From NCBI RefSeq assembly GCF_036321535.1, contig NC_087437.1, forward strand, positions 9,178,001-9,242,000: DNA of 64,000 nucleotides. Reading direction: 5' to 3'. The DNA is from Camelus dromedarius (taxonomy: Eukaryota). The notes below the pieces were generated by a model. That model was given only the letters and a program-made list of their open reading frames with translations, was not told the origin of the DNA and ran no database searches. Shown here piece after piece: positions 52,556 to 64,000 of this stretch (position 1 is its first letter; every line of letters starts with the position of its first letter). The position numbers were made by a program, and so were the translations under genes.

Positions 52556-52976
52556 CTGTCAGTAATGACACCCTTATGGGGGGGTCTTCTCGATTCACTG
52601 GGCATACTCTGCCGTGTACTCACAGGTAAATCAAATCTGCTGGGCAGTTAGAGCTCAGGTGCTGCAGACAAGATGCAAACGACACACACTGAAACGGGGT
52701 TTACGTCTCACAAAGAGTTACCGGGGCCACGGCTTCCAGTACCTTTCTGACTTTTCCTCTAAAACAGCCGCAGGGCTGTTACACATGCAAAACCTGCGGC
52801 GTGACCGGTGATTAGCGTCATCTCTCAAGGGGATTGGGGACCACGAAGGGGAACGGGGACCATCACACGGAAAGATGGAGGAAGCACGAATCAGTGTGCA
52901 GGGACATGGTTGGACCAGGGAGGGAGCCCCCAAAAAAAGGATGAGAACAAGAACACAACAAAGATCATCGCTTAAC

Positions 52977-53139
52977 CTGTTTTGTCAGAGCTGGTATTGA
53001 TGGTATTGGTAGTGATGGAGGTGAAGGCAGTCTTTACGCTGTCCTTGGCAGTGACAGATTTCTGCTTATTTTTCATGGCTTCCAGTGCTTTGAGCTTCTT
53101 GGCATGTTTCGTGCCTTTGTAGTGGGCCGCAGCCTGGCT
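52977..53139 (-). CDS. ZNF385D: Internal coding exon of zinc finger protein 385D (C-terminal half of first matrin-type C2H2 finger + linker)
   Basis: Manual minus-strand translation gives SQAAAHYKGTKHAKKLKALEAMKNKQKSVTAKDSVKTAFTSITTNTINTSSDKT plus 1 nt. This matches ZNF385D as I recall it and carries the H-Y-K-G-x-K-H finger end. Acceptor TTTTGTTCTCCTTTGTAG|AGC, donor ACAG|GTTAAG; 163 nt, phase 0 in, phase 1 out. Confidence 0.96.
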
Positions 53140-55449
53140 CTACAAAGGAGAACAAAATGAACCATGCAATCAGGCTCATTTCTAAACTGGCATTCTCTGT
53201 ATTACTGCAAATACAGACTCCCTTTCAATAACAGGTACCATTCAAGCTACTTCTGGCCGTGGCCGAACAGTGGGTGGGGTTCTATTTTTGAATGATGCTA
53301 GGAAGTGATGGGAAATTCCAAAACCTTGGGATGGAAGGAAGAAATACTGCATTGCTTCTCTTAAGAGAGATGCAGGTGAACACTAACACGGCAACGACAC
53401 TTTCTTTGTGGAGGAGGGGGGGAAATAAGAATTTACAACTGTATTGCTTTTGTTCTGCTACATAAGATGCTGGGCTCCCCAGGATGAACACGGGCCCCAC
53501 AAAAGAGGAGCTCTCACCTTCTGGGCTCAGAAAACGTGTTTTCTCCTTTGACAATGTGTCTTATTAACACAGGACTCAACAGGTGTCTACCAGGAGAAGG
53601 TCCCAGACAGAAGGGAAGTGGACACCCCAGAGACTGGCACTGAAGGGAGAGAGCGCACACATAAATGCACTAAGTCCATTTGGAGTAGACGGAAGATGGG
53701 CAGCTGTATGACTTTTTCCTTCTCCTTGCTTCCCACAGAGGGTAGCCTAAGAGGTTCAAGGGAAGGCCGTTCTTTCAACACGTGCGTCTACGTGGCCTGG
53801 TCCACTGCCAGGAGGAGCCAGTGTGTTCTGACTACTTAATGGGGCCAATGTGATTCTTTTGCTGGTACTTTCTGAGATTTTTTTTTTAATAAATCCTAAC
53901 ACACATTTTCCTAAGTTTACATTTTCTTAACACCATTTTTTTTTTTTTAGTACTGGAGAGACACATTAATTGAGATACAAAATCATCTTAGAGAAACATA
54001 CAGTTACAAATGTTAATTAATGGGGGCAGAAAAATCCTTTGTGGCTTAGGGTGAGGTGGAAGTAGGCAGGGAGATTCTTAGATCAGAAGCTTTTGCAGCT
54101 CAAACCCTTTCCAAATGTCACTCATAAAGAAGAAATCTCAGTGGAGGATTAAGTCTGGATAGTATCTATCCATCACATCCCATGACTTATTTAAACTCAA
54201 TGTTCCATTTGGCCAGAAAAATAATCATCACAGTGTCTTCTTCATCACAGCCACTGTGGTGGGCAGGGTGTTGAAGCAGAATATCTTTTTTTTTATAAAT
54301 AGATAAAGAAATAACCCACACTTTCATTTGCATCATTCTGACAAGTTATACCCTCAAAGGACTAGGTACCCTTATTGAAAGAACACTGGACAAGGAAATT
54401 ATATATTAGAAACAGTTTGAACAGAGAGGACACTCATGCATCAGTTTTCCAACAACACGGAACATCAAAAGACATAGTGTGAGTCAAAATGTGAAGTTAA
54501 GACCTCCGAGAGTGAATTGAGGAACCAGCGATAGCTTGAATTGGTTTGATTCTACCTGGAGAATGCGATTTTGGTGGACGGAGCTGTGTCCTTTTTTTTT
54601 TTTCCTGCCTAGTTTTCTTTTTTAATAAATCAAATCTTTTGGATAGATCTTTTGAGGGCAAGATGCTATATTCAATTAAATCCACAATATCTTCTTTAGG
54701 AAGTGGGTTACGCACTTTCCCTCAAAGCAAAGTTCCTCTCCTATTCCTGGTACAGAAGAGAATATTTTCTATATAATATGTATTAAAACATAGGGCTTCA
54801 ATGAACAGTGCTAGCTCCACGTATACCTTCAAATGCACATTTTAATGTCTATTTTAAGGATCTTAACAAATCTATATTCTCAGTGGTCTTTCAAATCTTT
54901 CAAAGGTTTCAAAACCTTTGTTTTAATACACTATAGGACCAAGCGAATGGCACTATTTTGGATATTAAGAAACATTCCCAAAGAATCGTGCAGGTTAAGA
55001 GAGTACTGACGTCCTCCACCCCAACCCCGCCCCGACCACAAACACACAAAATACTCTCTGCACAGATACAACTAAGCCAATGCTTCCAACAAGCGAAATG
55101 GCTCAGGAAGTTGTGGGGAGAAGGGGGTGATAAATTACCAACAGTTGGTGGGCTTCCAATTGAGACATGTCATATACTAAAAAGCAAAACAAACAAGACA
55201 AAATGCATACTCATTTATTAACTGAATAATAGCCCCAAAGCACCCTGATAAAAATTATCTTCATTAAAAAGACATCTGCTATAAAAAAAGCAACCAAGCT
55301 TCCCACAAATTAAAAAAAAAAAACTGAGTGGTATGAAGGTCCAAAATGCTATGGAGAGACTGAGACACGTAGAGTTCCGGGGAAATGATGGAGTATATCG
55401 GGGAGATGACGGCACTAGAAGTGATCAGTTTGCTTGTGATGGTGCAGGC

Positions 55450-55458
55450 TGTGTGTGT

Positions 55459-55512
<54 letters not shown>
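55450..55512. repeat. (TG)n microsatellite
   Basis: Directly visible. Confidence 0.97.
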
Positions 55513-55513
<1 letters not shown>

Positions 55514-56738
55514 GGGGGTGGAAGTGGAGATAACAACTTGGAAACCAAATGTAGACAGATAACCCGTCTGGATACTTTAACTTTTCTTTGTCATGGACCT
55601 TTATTTAATGTTTGTAGAAATTACTGGACTGCTCTTGAATTATAAGTCTTCATTTTTCTATCTATGTGTATTGACCCCATTAACTCGTGGTCCACCTTGA
55701 TACAGGTGTGTTGCATGAAGGTGTGATCCTTGTAGAGAGCGAGAAAGCCCTGCCAGCGCTCCTTACCATTTTGCGAGTCTGGACAGATTGTTCAGCCACA
55801 TCTAACCCCTTTCTGTGACTGTAGACAAAGCTGTAACCTAAGAAGAAATTCTGCTGGGAGACTTTTAAAAATCAGCAGTTGGCCAGAAATGTCTCTTGGG
55901 CCCCCAGTGTTTTTCCTTTGGGCTGGGTGTACGCAGTGCACCATTTTCCCTCTGAGGGGTTAGCCAGTCTCTGAGCCAAGTCATCCCCAGGAACCCAGGA
56001 GCCATCCAACAGAAGCAAACAACTGTTTTTCACAGGAATGATTTCAAGGTTAAACAACCGTACTACTTCATGACAGCACCTTTCAGAATTTCATATTTTA
56101 AAACTAAAACAGAATTAGGTGATCACAGTACACAGAGAAGCGAGCAGAACAAGAAAAATTGGTTTAAACAAGTTACTTCTAGATAACAAGTGAAATATCT
56201 GGGTATTGTGTAATAAAAATCATGACTACCGACCTTGAACTAAGCACATGACACCATGAAATCTAACAAGTGTCATCCCAGAGGCAAGGGCTGACATTAA
56301 AGATATGCACACACATTCCTGCAGAAAAGAGTGACGCCACTTTAAATGTCATCACCATATCCTAGTCATCTTTTCAATCTTCAAATTCTGCCTTCAGTAT
56401 TTCAAACAGTCTCCCAGTTTAAATGCAACTGAAGTTTCAAAGTAGATAAAAATAATCGTTAAGTGGCTAACATTTGGGAGAGGAGTTTCATCATTTTGAA
56501 ACACACACACGTACACACACATTTATTTTACTTATCTAAGTAAGAAGCTTTGTTATAGATCACGGTTATTCTGTGAAACTCACTGCAAATTTAATATTCA
56601 TGTATCATTTTATTCCATTAGTGCCAATACTCTGTGCAGTTTTACTCTACATGCCTTTTGCATAAAGTGTCTTAATATGCTTTTCAAAAACGAGGAAATT
56701 TATGATAAGCATACATATTTAGTTACTCTAACCAATTT

Positions 56739-57058
56739 ATTTATTTTATATTTTGTATCTTTTTTATTGTACAGTCAGTTACAATGTGTCAATTTCTGGT
56801 GTACAGCACAATGTCCCAGTCATGCATATACATACATGTATTCATTTTCATATTCTTTTTCATTAAAGGTTATTATAAGATACTGAACATAGTTCGTTGT
56901 GCTATACAGAAGAAACTTGTTTTTTTTTTAATCTATTTTTATATTTAGTGGCTAACATTAACAAACTTGCAGACATAGTAAACAATCTTAATGGTTACTG
57001 GGGACATGGGGTGGGAAGGGATAAATTGGGGAGTCTGAGATCTGCAAATGTTAGCCAC
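56739..57058 (-). mobile_element. L1 3' fragment with 5' inversion (twin priming)
   Basis: 56739-56959 is the L1 3' end on minus; 56960-57058 is the adjacent upstream L1 segment on plus. A 12-nt overlap (aatgttagccac) is present in both. Confidence 0.85.
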
Positions 57059-57682
57059 CAACTAATTTTCATAAACACATGTGATTTCAAAAAGAACAAG
57101 ATGGTCTTTGTTAGTTTCTGACATCATTTAATTTTATCACATTAAAATTTTATTAAAATACACTAAACATTATCCTATTAAGATGTAACAGAAAAATAAG
57201 GAGTGGTTATGAAAGGAGTCATCCTCCTCATTGGGGAGAGAAGAGATAATACTTGAACAGAAGAACACTTTTTTCTGTTTTTGAAAGAAAATTATCTTTC
57301 AAAATTTTAACTTAGTTGTTGTTTTGGAGATAACAAAATGAAATGATAAAACATGATCTAGTACCCTAAAGTCTAAAACACTGACTTTATAGATTTTTAT
57401 TTTGAAAAGCATTGAAAAATTATTCCTGGAAAAAAGTTTTAAAATTTGTGTTTACCTTTGTACAGTTGTTTCTCTGTTGCATACACTCACTCAAATCTAA
57501 CATCGCACAGGTTTGGCCATATGGGTTAAGAACAGTATGCATTCTAACTGGCCAATGGCTTGTTAAATATTTTGAATATCGCTTTTGTATACACCAACAG
57601 AAGGTTTCTAAGGTTTCCAATTATTCTATCTTAATTTGTTTATTAGCAACTCTCAGTTTCATTTAACACTCATGTAAAGCAT

Positions 57683-58027
57683 TAGCTGTCAAAGTGCAGA
57701 ACCCAGACCAGCAGCAGCCGCAGCTGCAGCTGGGAATGCAGGAACCTGTACCCAAAATATTGTAATAGCCTATAATGGAGTGTAATCTGAAAACAAAACA
57801 CATCACTATGCTGTACACCTGAAACTGACACAGAATTGTACATCAACCGACCTTCAATAAAGAAAAGCCTTAAGATGATATTAAGTGAACTTGAAAAAAA
57901 AAAAGTATGCAAATTCTCAACTTCTATCCCAGACCCACTGAATCAGAAACACTGAAATGCAGCTCAGCAGTCTGTGTTTTACAAGCCCTCCGGCTGCTTC
58001 TGAAGCATCGGAAGTTTCAGAACCGCT
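57683..58027 (+). mobile_element. MER5A interrupted by an L1 3' fragment (~57740-57868)
   Basis: tcaaagtg...gaccagcagca...ctgggaa | L1 tail | atgcaaattctc...cccagacccactgaatcagaaac...ctgtgttttacaagccctcc...aagtttcagaacc. Confidence 0.82.
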
Positions 58028-59659
58028 CACCTCAAATATTAGTGCCTTTTCTCCAAAGATGGCCCCTTCTTGTAGAAGCAGCCAAAGTCTAGGTTTTCTA
58101 AAGTTAATGTATAGTCACTTGAAGACTGAACCTTTACATATGTCTAAATGTGAGCAATGTATGCTACCCAAGAAGAAGAATCGAAAGTATCTCTCCTTAA
58201 AAGCAGTTATAAATAGAAGTAAAAAATAACTCAGGTAACATACATAACTGAGGAATTTCCATCCAAGAGGGATGAATGCAAAATAGCGGATCAACCTTGG
58301 AAATCTTGTAACTCGAAAACCTCACATAACTGCTTTCCAAGACCTTGTGATAGTCCCTCTCTACATTTTACCTTTTCTCTCCAAGCTAATTATTGTTGCA
58401 GCATGGCCCTCTGACCCCATTATTTTTACCTCTTTGTTGAATGTTTTGCTATGATTCTTTCTGTGGGGCCTGGGGGAATCGTCAGCTCTACAAAAAAAAT
58501 ATATAAGCAAAAGCAAAGCCCTGGGTCATAACTCTTAAAACCTCACCATCACAAGTATCTATTCACTATTTTATTTGCATTAACTGATTAAGTGTTAGCC
58601 ACGGTTAAGTTCTTTCTTGATATCCTTATGGCTCTTTTATTGAGGGAGACTCCTAGGCCAACAGGGAAATAAAAACCACTCTAGTAAGTGAAGAGAGTGT
58701 CTTCTCTGTTACTCCACTTAACAAAACATCTGAAGAAAAAATTTAAAGGTAGAGTATGTAGTTCATTGTTATACATTGTCCTTTCTGCTGTGACGACATG
58801 TGCCTTCCAAATTCTCTTATGCAACAGGGAAAATGACATGCTGCAGATATTTTTATTCTTTAATTACATGTCTCAGAAGGAATACTTAATAGTTCATTTT
58901 AATTTGTGATTGTGTAGCTAACATGTAGGTAGATGACTACGTTATGAATCAAAATGAAAATTCACTTGTATTAAGTCCCAAAGTGAAAAACATGATTCAA
59001 TTAAGAATGTTCTCTCTGGAGTTCGGATGACTGATGCGTTACTTTAAATGTGTTCCTGTCTTCCGTACTCTTCAGCACAAAAATAAACAGTAACTGCTGC
59101 AGGAAGAGAAAAAGAGGACAAAAAGAGGTAATGCCACAGGAGTAGAGTCATTTTTATACACCAGCACTAGTCTCTGGGAAAAAACATCGAAATAAACATA
59201 GAGAAAAAGAAGGGAGACGTCACAATTTCTCAGATACATTAGGTAACTCTTATTTTATATGCAAAGAAAATACCTTGTCACTAAGTACTTATGTGGTTGT
59301 GAAAAAATAATCCAGATGGACTCATTTATCTCTTCAAAGCTTCTCAACTCATTTATAGACTTCATGATTTTTAAATATTAAGTATTCGATGTTTTCAAGT
59401 ATCAAATATGAAAATTAAAATAGTACATATTCGAGCAAGAGAAACTAATGTGTGAGTTTTTGCCTGGTTCCCATTGTGAAATCACCGTTCTTATATAAGT
59501 ATATCTGGAATACAAACGGATGCCTCACAGACCTCTAATGGCGGAATCCTGACGGGGGGACACTGGCTGACAGTGGGCTTTGGAAATTGGTACTCATGAT
59601 CTAAAAGAGCCAAAAGGAACATTTGGTTCTGGTGAAGTTTGCTCAACCTTTTGGGGAGC

Positions 59660-62176
59660 TTTTTTTTTTTGAAGTATTGTTGGTTTACAATGTTGTATTA
59701 ATTTCTGGTGTACAGAATAGTGATTTAGATATAGATATACATATATATCTATATATTCCTTTTCATACATTTTCATTGCAGGTTATTACAAAGTATTGAA
59801 TACAATTTCCTGTGCTGTATAGTAGGACCTTGTTGTTTTATCTATTTTATATCTAGTAATAAGAATCTAAAAATCCCAAACTTCCAATTTATCCCTCCTT
59901 CCCCCTCTTACCCTCCTGATAAGTTGGTTTTCTATTTTGTGAGACTGTTTTGTAAATAACTTCATTTGTTTTATTTTTTTAAGATTCCACATATGAGTGA
60001 TATCATATGGTATTTTTCTTTCTCTTTCTGTCTTACTTCACTTAGTATGACAATTTCCAGGTCCATTCATGTTGCTGCAAATGGCATTATTTTATTCTTT
60101 TTTATGGCTGAGTAGTATTCCTTTGCCTAAATATACCACAGCTGCTTTATCCAGTCATCTGTCGATGGACATTTAGGTTGTTTCCATGTCTTGGCTATTG
60201 TAAATAGTGCTGCTATGAACACTGGGGTGCATATGTCTTTTTGATTAGAGTTTCCTCTGGATATATGACCAGGAGTGGGATTGCTGGATTATATGGTAAA
60301 TTTATTTTTAGTTTTTAAAAGAATCTCCATACTGTTTTCCATAATTGCTGCACCAAACTAAATTTCCACCAACAGTATAGGAGGGCTCCCTTTTCTCCAC
60401 ACCCTTGCCAGCATTTATTACTTGTGGACTTTTTAACGATGGCCATTCTGACTGGTGTGAGGAGATATCTTATTGTATTTTTGATTTGCATTTCTCTAGA
60501 TGCAAATACAGTAAGTGATATTCAGCATTTTTTCATGTGCCTATTAGCCATCTGTATGTCTTTATTGCAAAAATATTTGTTTAGGTCTTCTGCCTATTTT
60601 TGATTGGGTTTTTTTTGTTGTTGTTGTTATTGAATTGTATGAGCTGTTTGTATATTCTGGAAATTAAGCCCTTGTCAGTCATGTCATTTGCATATATTTT
60701 CTCCCATTCTCCATTAGTCATCTTTTTGTATTACTTAGTTCCCTTTGCTGTGCAAAAGCTTATGCTTAATTAAATTCCATTTGTTTATTTTTGCTTTTAT
60801 TTCTATTGTCTTGACTGCACTAGGGGAACATTGCTAATATTTATGTCAGAGAATGTTTTGCCTATGTTTTCTTTTAGGAGGTTTATAGTGTTTTATCTTA
60901 TATTTAAGTCCTTTTGAGTTTATTATTGTGTGTGGTGTGAGGGAGTGTTCTAACTTCATTGATTTATATGTGGGTGTCCTACTTGCCCAACGCCACTTGC
61001 TGAAGAGACTGTCTTTCCTCCATTGTATATTCTTGCCTCCTTTGTCAGAGACTAATTGACTGTAGATGTGTGGCTTTATTTATGAGTTCTCTATTCTATT
61101 GCATTGATCCATATGTCTGTGTTTGTGCCAGTATCACACTGTTTTGGTTACTGTAGCTCTGTAGTATTGTCTGAAGTCTGGGAGTGTTATTCATCTAGTT
61201 TTGTTCTTTTTCTTCAGTATTTGTCTGGCAATTCTGGGTCTTTTGTGATTCCATATAAATTTTGGGATTGTTTGCTCTAGTTCTGTGAAAAATGTCCTGG
61301 GTGGTTTGATAGGGATCACATTAAATCTGTAGATTGCCTTGGGCGGTATGGCCATTTTAACAACATTGATTCTTCCAATCCAAGAGCATGGGATATTTTT
61401 CCATTTCTTTAAATCACCTTTAATTTCCTAAATCAATGTTGTATATAGTTCTCTGCGCATAAATCTTTCACCTCCTCGGTCAGGTTTATCCCTAAGTATT
61501 CTATTTTTTTATGTGGTGGGATTTTTTACTTTCTTTTTCTGATATTTCATTGTTAGTATAAGGAAATGTAACAGATTTCTGTATGTTAATCTTGTATCCT
61601 ACTACCTTGCTGAATACATTAATCAGCTCTAGTAAGTTTTGTGTGGAGTCTTTAGGGTTTTCTCTATATAGTATCATGTTATCTGCATAGAGTGACGATT
61701 TTACCTCTTCTGTTCCAATATGAGTCCCTTTTCTTTCTTTTTCTTGTCTGATGGCTAGGACTTCCAAAACTCTATTGAAGTAGTCAGAGTGGGCATCCTT
61801 GTCTTGTTCCAAATTTTAGTGGGACAGCTTTCAACTATTCAGCATTGAGTATTATGTTGGCTGTATGTTTGTCATAAATAGCTTTTATTATGTTGAGATG
61901 TGTTCCCTCTATACCCACTTTGGCAAGAGTTGTTTTTTTTTTAATCATAAATGGATGTTGAATTTTACCAAATGCTTTTTCTGCATCTATGGAGATGATC
62001 ATGTGATTTTTGTCCTTTCTCTGGTTGATGTGGTGTATCACATTGATTGATTTGCACATGTTGAACCATCCTTGTGTCCCTGGGATGAATCCAACTTGAT
62101 CATAGTGTATAATCTTTTTTTTTTTAATGTATTGTTGGATTCAGATTGGTAGTATTTTGTTGAGAATTTTTGCACC
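59660..62176 (-). mobile_element. 5'-truncated L1, ~2.5 kb (RT domain to poly-A), disrupted ORF2
   Basis: ORFs 61835-62059 ([14 protein letters not shown]) and 61501-61812 ([10 protein letters not shown]) carry L1 RT motifs. TSD tggggagc at 59652-59659 and 62177-62184. Confidence 0.96.
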
Positions 62177-62559
62177 TGGGGAGCATTTTGTAAACCAGAG
62201 GCCTCAAATGAGTTTTAACTTTAGTGATATAATCACAAAAATGTGTTGTTTGGAACTGGGAGAAATCAGAAAAACCACCACACTCAGCTACTCAACTAGT
62301 GCACAGCATCCCTTCACAATGTCCACAGTTGAACATGTCTTTCTGTGTGTGACTGTCACGTACCATCTGAATGTGCAGGGAGAACTAGAAATGTGGACAC
62401 TAATCACGCCTGAAGGTCAAGCTGTCAAGGGTGTTGGTCTCAGAAGCAGAGAAAAATTTCTTTATTTCCTGGTGTGAACTGCACACTTCCTCTAAATAAT
62501 TTCCAACCTCCTTCTCCAAATAATCTACCTACTCAGCCACCCTAGTCTAGCAAACATAA

Positions 62560-62890
62560 CTGCCCGCAGTGTAGACAAAAGAGGGGTAGGGTAACCCTCC
62601 CTTTCATTCCCTTAAGGAAAATACCACAAGAGGAAATCATTTTCAAAGCCTCTTCCCCCTGGCTGGAGCACTTCAACTCGCCTGGCTGACACACGGTCAT
62701 CACATGTCGCATCCTCCACGTGGACCTGGGTACCCTTCACTGCAGCTCTTACGTCACTGCCCTAACAAGGGTTAAGTGTCTGTTTCTTCCGATAGAAAAT
62801 TCCTCAGCGGAGAGAGAAAGACTTGATGATCCTCATCGTCCTGTCCCTAGGACCTAGTACAGATCTTTAAATAGGTGCCTATTAAATGCA
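62560..62890 (+). mobile_element. Degraded L2 3' end
   Basis: tgtctgtttcttccgatagaaaattcctcagcggag...tgtccctaggacctagtacag...aataggtgcctattaaat. Confidence 0.55.
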
Positions 62891-64000
62891 CATGGCATTA
62901 ATTTCACATTTTGATTTTAAAATGGAAATATACATCTGGTGTCTCGATGGGTTTTGTATGTGAACAGGGTTCGGCTTAATTCTCTGCCATTCTCTGGCAC
63001 TTCGCCTTATCTGCCGAACACACTTCAGGGAATTTTTATAGCACTTAGTGCTGGAAAAGCATCTGGCACAAACACAAACTATTATTTTTTCTCCGAGAGA
63101 AGCTTATCACCAACTGCAAATTGTGCTATTTATGGGAGCTCTCTTTGCATGGGGCATAGCAAGGAATGATCTGGAGATAGTTTCACTTTTTAAAAATTTG
63201 TATGAATAACTGATGAGTTTTTTTTTTTTAATCTGGGAAATGCAATGAATGATTCCAGTGGTGATTTTGCATTTTAAGATTTTTCTAAAGGACCAGATTC
63301 TCTTAAATACACATATAGAAATTTTCAGGGCTTAGAGAATGCTATTTCTCTATTAACACTATTATTAAATGTTCCTGTTGGAATATCTCATGGTCTGAAA
63401 CAATATAGAGAAATTAACCATGACTTCATTAACCCATTTTCCTCCCTACAAATCCAGATAATGATCTATACCGTGTATTTGGTGAAAAACATCACTTTCC
63501 ACTAGGGAACAATTATTAAATTCTCTACTTCTCTATAAATTAAGGAAGGCTTTCCTTCACTAGTTTTGTACTATTTCTAACCTCTAATTCATACATCTGA
63601 GAATTATCCCCATTGTTCCTTTAATGAGTTTGTTTCAAAGATCCCCTCTAAAATTTGCAACTGTTAATGAGATTCATCGAGTCCACAAAATAATGGAATA
63701 TATTTGAGCAGATGTTTTGTTAGCTTTCTGAAGCACTTTGGGTACACTGGGAAGAGATGCAGATTGGGACCATAAACAGCCTTAGGACCCTCGGCTCTGA
63801 CAGGCAGAGAGCACACTGTATCCTGGGAACAACCTTTCCCTGCTCAGTCACAAAGGACTCACTGAACGGTGGTCAGATGCTACCGCAGTTGTGAGGAAAG
63901 AGTGGAGAACGAGTTAGACTGATAAATGAAACTACATTTATAAGTCTTCTCTATCAAAGGGCAAAGGAAAAACAGTAGAAAAAAATATAAAACGTTTTTG

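Larger units (their letters stand above)
1..52976 (-). other. ZNF385D: Large ZNF385D intron downstream of the coding exon (continues beyond the window start)
   Basis: Begins with GT at 52976-52975 on minus. I did not find the next expected exon (DGTAGTPAIS...-like, finger 2) in the window; the region is repeat-rich and non-coding. Confidence 0.8.
53140..64000 (-). other. ZNF385D: ZNF385D intron upstream of the coding exon (continues beyond the window end)
   Basis: Ends in a polypyrimidine tract + TAG at 53142-53140 on minus. The preceding exon with the CxxC half of the finger was not seen. Confidence 0.8.

Noticed and set aside
61501..62059. Reverse-transcriptase-like ORFs
   Set aside because: Broken L1 ORF2 in a 5'-truncated copy (catalytic motif reads YADN); not a novel or active RT system.

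Overview
Mammalian genomic DNA, most likely camelid (alpaca, llama or camel). The evidence is a tRNA-derived Vic-1-like SINE, camelid-type L1 3' ends, and no recognisable Alu, B1/B2, BovA/Bov-tA, PRE-1 or CanSINE. The window appears to lie inside the minus-strand gene ZNF385D. Only one confident coding exon is present: 52977-53139, 163 nt, phase 0 to phase 1, encoding the C-terminal half of the first matrin-type zinc finger plus the K/T-rich linker. Everything else is intron, filled with L1, L2, MIR, LTR and DNA-transposon relics and microsatellites. Nearly all ORFs in the supplied track are spurious or repeat-derived, and the real exon is missing from the track. No new multi-gene system is supported. 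The best leads are: candidate unannotated ZNF385D exons (a TATA/E-box-linked exon at 15.6 kb, an in-frame 99-nt cassette at 52.5 kb, and two frame-disrupting cassettes); an L1/5S rRNA chimeric insertion; a twin-primed inverted L1; a CpG-retaining solo LTR; and homeodomain-motif-rich enhancer-like segments. Repeat subfamily names are from memory of consensus sequences, and repeat boundaries are approximate unless target-site duplications (TSDs) are given.
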